39,692 nucleotides of DNA from Callorhinchus milii (lineage: Eukaryota): positions 1-39,692 of the forward strand of contig NW_024705495.1 in NCBI RefSeq assembly GCF_018977255.1. Reading direction: 5' to 3'. Shown here piece by piece: positions 36,336 to 39,692 of this stretch (its first letter is position 1; the number at the start of each line of letters is the position of its first letter). The translations under genes were made by a program, and so were the position numbers. The notes under the pieces were generated by a model. The model made no database searches, was not told the origin of the DNA, and saw nothing but the letters and a program-made list of their open reading frames with translations.

Positions 36336-36872
36336 TCTATATTTGAAGCTTTCGTGACTGCAATGATTTATATTCTTAGGTTTTTTCGGTAAAGTCACGT
36401 AGGTAAAAAAAAATTAATAAAAGTAAAATAAAATAATTCTCACGACGTTTCGGAGGCAACACAAGCTTCCGTCTTCAGGTGGAACCGTCACAGCACGATT
36501 GCTGTATCAAGTAAGACAGCAGCCGCACCTTTACATCAGCCGCACCTTAACAACTCTGGCACCTCCCAGTTCAACCAGTCTACACAACAAAGGCTCATTC
36601 CTAGCAGCGGCTTCAGCCGCACCAACCTCACAATTATAATACAAAACTCCGATCCAGGGCCTGCCTTGGCTCCTTCCACCCTCAACCAGTATATATACAA
36701 GGACGGGTCGCTTGGAATTTCTCTTACTTGATACAGCTATCGTGCTGTGACGTTTCCACCTGAAGACGGAAGCTTGTGTTGCCTCCGAAACGTCGTGATT
36801 TTTATTTTATTTTACTTTTATTAATTTTTTTTTTAATCTACGTGACTTTACCCAAAAAAAAACCTAAGAATA
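36336..36872. mobile_element. Inverted-pair PLE insertion, subfamily B, longest copy; hammerheads on both strands
   Basis: Direct repeat AATAGGAATGGGTAAT at 36320-36335 and 36869-36884. Arms of ~140 bp; TATATATAC upstream of the plus-strand hammerhead. Confidence 0.85.
36757..36797 (+). ncRNA. Minimal hammerhead ribozyme motif (sense in the MIOS U12 intron)
   Basis: cac CTGAAGA c GGAAGC ttgtgtt GCCTCC GAAAC GTC gtg. Predicted cleavage after 36794; one mismatch in stem II. Confidence 0.7.
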
Positions 36873-37030
36873 GGAATGGGTAATGTTCGCCACTGGCTCT
36901 GCAGAGCTGTGTATTGGATGAGCGCTGATGCCGCAATGCTCACGTGAGCAGAGGAATCACTTTGATTTGATACTTTGGCGGCAGGTGTCATGTTGCTCGT
37001 AAATTGTCCGAGTCGTAAATTATTGAACCT

Positions 37031-37295
37031 GAGCGCCACGGTGGTGAGATGTTGACTCCCTCGCCTCATATACAGGAGGTCGTGGGTTTGATTTGGACCC
37101 TGATGCTTGTATGTTTGGAGTTTGCGTGTTCTCCCAAGGTCGCGTGGATTTTTCTCCGGGTCCTCCAGTGTTTCCCCTCCACATTTAGAATCAACACGCG
37201 TTCAGAGTATTGGGCTGTTATACATTTCCACGTGATAAGCCACTTCATTGAGCTGTAATTTGTGATAGGCCAGGTCGCTTCTGAAAAAGAGCCAC
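37031..37295 (+). mobile_element. V-SINE-like element
   Basis: Homologous along its length to 27716-27990. Confidence 0.75.
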
Positions 37296-37743
37296 ATAGT
37301 TCAGTGAACCTTACCTGGTAAAATAAAAATTAGTTTAAATAGTCTTAGAACCTTACCTGCACGGCTCTGCATTCATCACGAGTGTAAGAGTTAATACAAA
37401 TTGACGAGTCGTTAAATTCTGCGTAGGTTCTTTCATGGATGACACCCCCCCCCCCTCGTACGACTCCCCTCCGATGCATTTACGTTTCACTCCGTGTACC
37501 ACGTGCTGCCGCTGCTGCTATTGGGAGCATGGAGCGAAACATCGGACACCTTGCCCAATGGCACACGGTTCAACCCGCGGTGCGGCGATCGTCGGCTCAC
37601 CGGCAAGCACAACTCGCGGTTTGCGAATCCCACCTCCTCCCACCCACCCCGTAGCCATCGGTCGCGTCCCCCACGGCTCTTGCTGCCGTAGGGACGCAGC
37701 ATCATCGGCGTCCGTCGTGTTCATCGTCCTTGACGGGAGACAC

Positions 37744-37839
37744 TCATGAAGCGCTATGTGCAGGAGCAGGAGGACAAGCCCGGCAGCCAACTGCCCGCCG
37801 TCTACCAGGGCATCAAGGCCATCGTGCGGCCAGATCCCG
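37744..37839 (+). CDS. MIOS: MIOS internal exon
   Basis: (F)MKRYVQEQEDKPGSQLPAVYQGIKAIVRPDP matches human FMKQYTEDMDQKSPGNKGSLVYAGIKSIVKSSL. Donor G|GTGAG at 37840. Not in the ORF track. Confidence 0.9.
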
Positions 37840-37984
37840 GTGAGCTCCAACCCTCACCCGTACCGTGACCGCGCATGCTCACACAGGGGTGCTGCGCGAT
37901 GAGTTTAATGCCGGCCCGGTCTAAACTCCTGCCGATGTGATGTGCGAGTGATTTGTGTGTGCTGTGTGTGTGTGCTGTGCGTGT

Positions 37985-38232
37985 ATGGTGGTGAGCTCGC
38001 TGTGCTACGAACCCGGCGATCCGAGTACGATTCCTGCTCCGGGCTAACACCTGTGATGATTATCTGAACCAGTCTTAGGCCTACCCTAGGTCGACTGGTA
38101 CGGTGTGTAAACATCGCCACTCGCGAGACCAAGGCAGCAGGGCGTGGTGCCGGCCACCCACCCCTCGTGTGCCGTGCTGGCCTAACGGCACTTGCCCCAA
38201 CAGTCTGTTACAGGCTACATGGGGGAATCTTT
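37985..38232 (+). mobile_element. Second tRNA-SINE family copy
   Basis: GCTACGAACCCGGCGATCCGAGTACGATTCC head and TAGGTCGACT...GGTGTGTAAACATCGCCAC core shared with 39500-39692. Confidence 0.6.
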
Positions 38233-38251
38233 GTATTTGCGCGTGTCGCAG

Positions 38252-38611
38252 GGAAGCCGGAGAGCCTGCGCTTGTCGTGCTCGGACCCCGAGCGCCGCCT
38301 CGAGGTCTACACTTTCGACAGCGCGGAACGCCGCTTGGCGCTTCGCCTCTGCGGGTGGACGGGGCCCCCGGCGCTCGCCGGGGACGAGCGCGATGACCAG
38401 GGGGGCGACGAGGCCTCCACCGTCACGTCCGCCGCGGCGCCGTCGCGACCCTCTCCGGGACCCGCGCCGGGCCCCGCTCAGGAGCGGCCGCCACTGCGCT
38501 CGGCGCTGGAGCCGGACGAGGAGTGGGAGCGCCGCGCCGCGATGGCGCTCTTCCACCTGCGCATGCGCGCCGCCATCGACATCTTGCAGCAGGGGGCGGC
38601 CTGCGCAAGCG
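38252..38611 (+). CDS. MIOS: MIOS internal exon
   Basis: Acceptor cgcag at 38251. ERRLALRLCGW...EWERRAAMALFHLRMRAAIDILQQGA matches human EERILALQLCGW...EWERAAAVALFNLDIRRAIQILNEGA. Donor G|GTGAG at 38612. Confidence 0.9.
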
Positions 38612-38754
38612 GTGAGCGGGGAGCGGGGAGCGGGAGCGGTGAGCGGGAGCGGGGAGCGCGAACACGCCGAGGTGAAGCGGGAGTCCTACTCTTTCGTGCG
38701 CGTGACGGTGGTGCCGGCAGCAGCGGCACGGGTATCAGGAGCTAGATGCCCATT

Positions 38755-38995
38755 TTCTTGGTTCTTTCGGTAAAGTCACGTAGAAGGGAAATAATAAAAT
38801 AATAAAAATAAAACATAATAAAATAATTCTCACGACGTTTCGGCTACAATGCAAGCACCTGAGGACGGCTGCTTACGTTGTAGCCGAAACGTCGTGAGAA
38901 TTATTTTATTTTTATTATTTCCCTTCTACGTGACTTTACCGAAAGAACCAAGAAGATGAATCCCTGCAGTCACGAAAGCTTTACATCGACATTTA
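38755..38995. mobile_element. Inverted-pair PLE insertion, subfamily A, with sense hammerhead at 38856-38897
   Basis: Direct repeat TAGATGCCCATT at 38743-38754 and 38994-39005. cac CTGAGGA c GGCTGC ttacgtt GTAGCC GAAAC GTC gtg. Confidence 0.85.
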
Positions 38996-39253
38996 GATGC
39001 CCATTGTTGGCAGCGGACTCCATGGTGGCGAGATGTTAACTACCTCGACTGGTATGCGGGAGGGGCTATGGTTTCGATCCCGACCCTTTGGAGTTCGTGT
39101 GTCTCTCTGCCCGCGATTGCGTAGATTTTCTCTCCAGGTTCTCTGGGACAGGTAGTCTGGGGTGAGGGAAGGGGGAGCGTGACCCTATATCGACCCCCTT
39201 GTTAACCTCACCTGTGACCCCCGCGTTGACCCCTGGCGCCACCACCACCACAG

Positions 39254-39423
39254 GCGACGTGAACCTGAACGTGGTGGCCATGGCGCTGTCGGGCTACTCG
39301 GCAGAGCGCGCGTCCCTCTGGAGGGAGATGTGCGCCGCATTGCGTCTGCAGCTCTCCAACCCGTACCTCCGCGCCGCCTTCGCCTTCCTCACCAGCGACG
39401 CAGGCAGCTACGAGCACGTGCTG
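39254..39423 (+). CDS. MIOS: MIOS internal exon (gene continues beyond the window)
   Basis: cag|[67 protein letters not shown], then donor GTGAGG at 39424. Matches human [26 protein letters not shown]. Confidence 0.95.
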
Positions 39424-39499
39424 GTGAGGGGCCTACGCGGACACTCGGGGGCGCACGCTATGTACAGGCGTGTGTGCGTCTTTCTGTCTGTTGGGAGAG

Positions 39500-39692
39500 A
39501 GCGGTAATGTAGCAGTTACTGCGCTACGAATCTGGCGTGACCCGAGTTCGATTCCCGCTCACGCCAAACACCAGTGACGATTATCTGAGCCAGTCCTGGG
39601 CCTTCCCGAGGTCGACTCAGCCTTAAATGAGTACCTGGTGCGGTGTGTAAAACATCGCCACTAGAGAGACAAAGGCGGTCGGCCGTGGTGCT
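39500..39692 (+). mobile_element. Second tRNA-SINE family copy (runs off the window end)
   Basis: Box B GAGTTCGATTCCC at ~39544-39556; GGTCGACTCAGCCTTAAATGAGTACC core. Confidence 0.7.

Larger units (their letters stand above)
35622..37743 (+). other. MIOS: U12-type (minor spliceosome) AT-AC intron of MIOS
   Basis: 5' end ATATCCTTT at 35622, branch site TCCTTGAC at 37727-37734, terminal AC at 37742-37743. Splicing gives YTLH-F-MKRY, matching human YTLHFMKQY. Confidence 0.92.

Overview
The window has two very different parts. Positions 1-11350 look like random sequence: no credible genes, repeats or low-complexity tracts, so possibly synthetic or shuffled filler. It abuts genuine DNA in the middle of a MEN1 exon. 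Positions 11351-39692 are vertebrate genomic DNA, most likely lamprey-like (very GC3-rich exons, V-SINEs); the taxon is my inference. Three genes are recognisable: the 5' part of MEN1 (minus strand), an intron-containing linker histone H1x/H1-10 (plus strand, divergent from MEN1), and the 5' part of MIOS (GATOR2 subunit, plus strand), which has a U12-type AT-AC intron. The most striking non-coding signal is a family of about 12 short Penelope-like (PLE) terminal-repeat insertions. Many are inverted pairs flanked by 8-16 bp target-site duplications, and they carry minimal hammerhead-ribozyme motifs with covarying stems. Sense-oriented copies fall in (partly inferred) introns of all three genes. 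Both putative promoter regions contain tandem arrays of transcription-factor sites: about 30 CCAAT boxes (43-bp unit) and about 20 GC boxes (20-bp unit). Also present are a 2.3-kb GTGA-based satellite, a five-headed SINE, a 5S pseudogene, a solo LTR and LINE/MITE remnants. All homology calls are from recall of known sequences, not from database searches.
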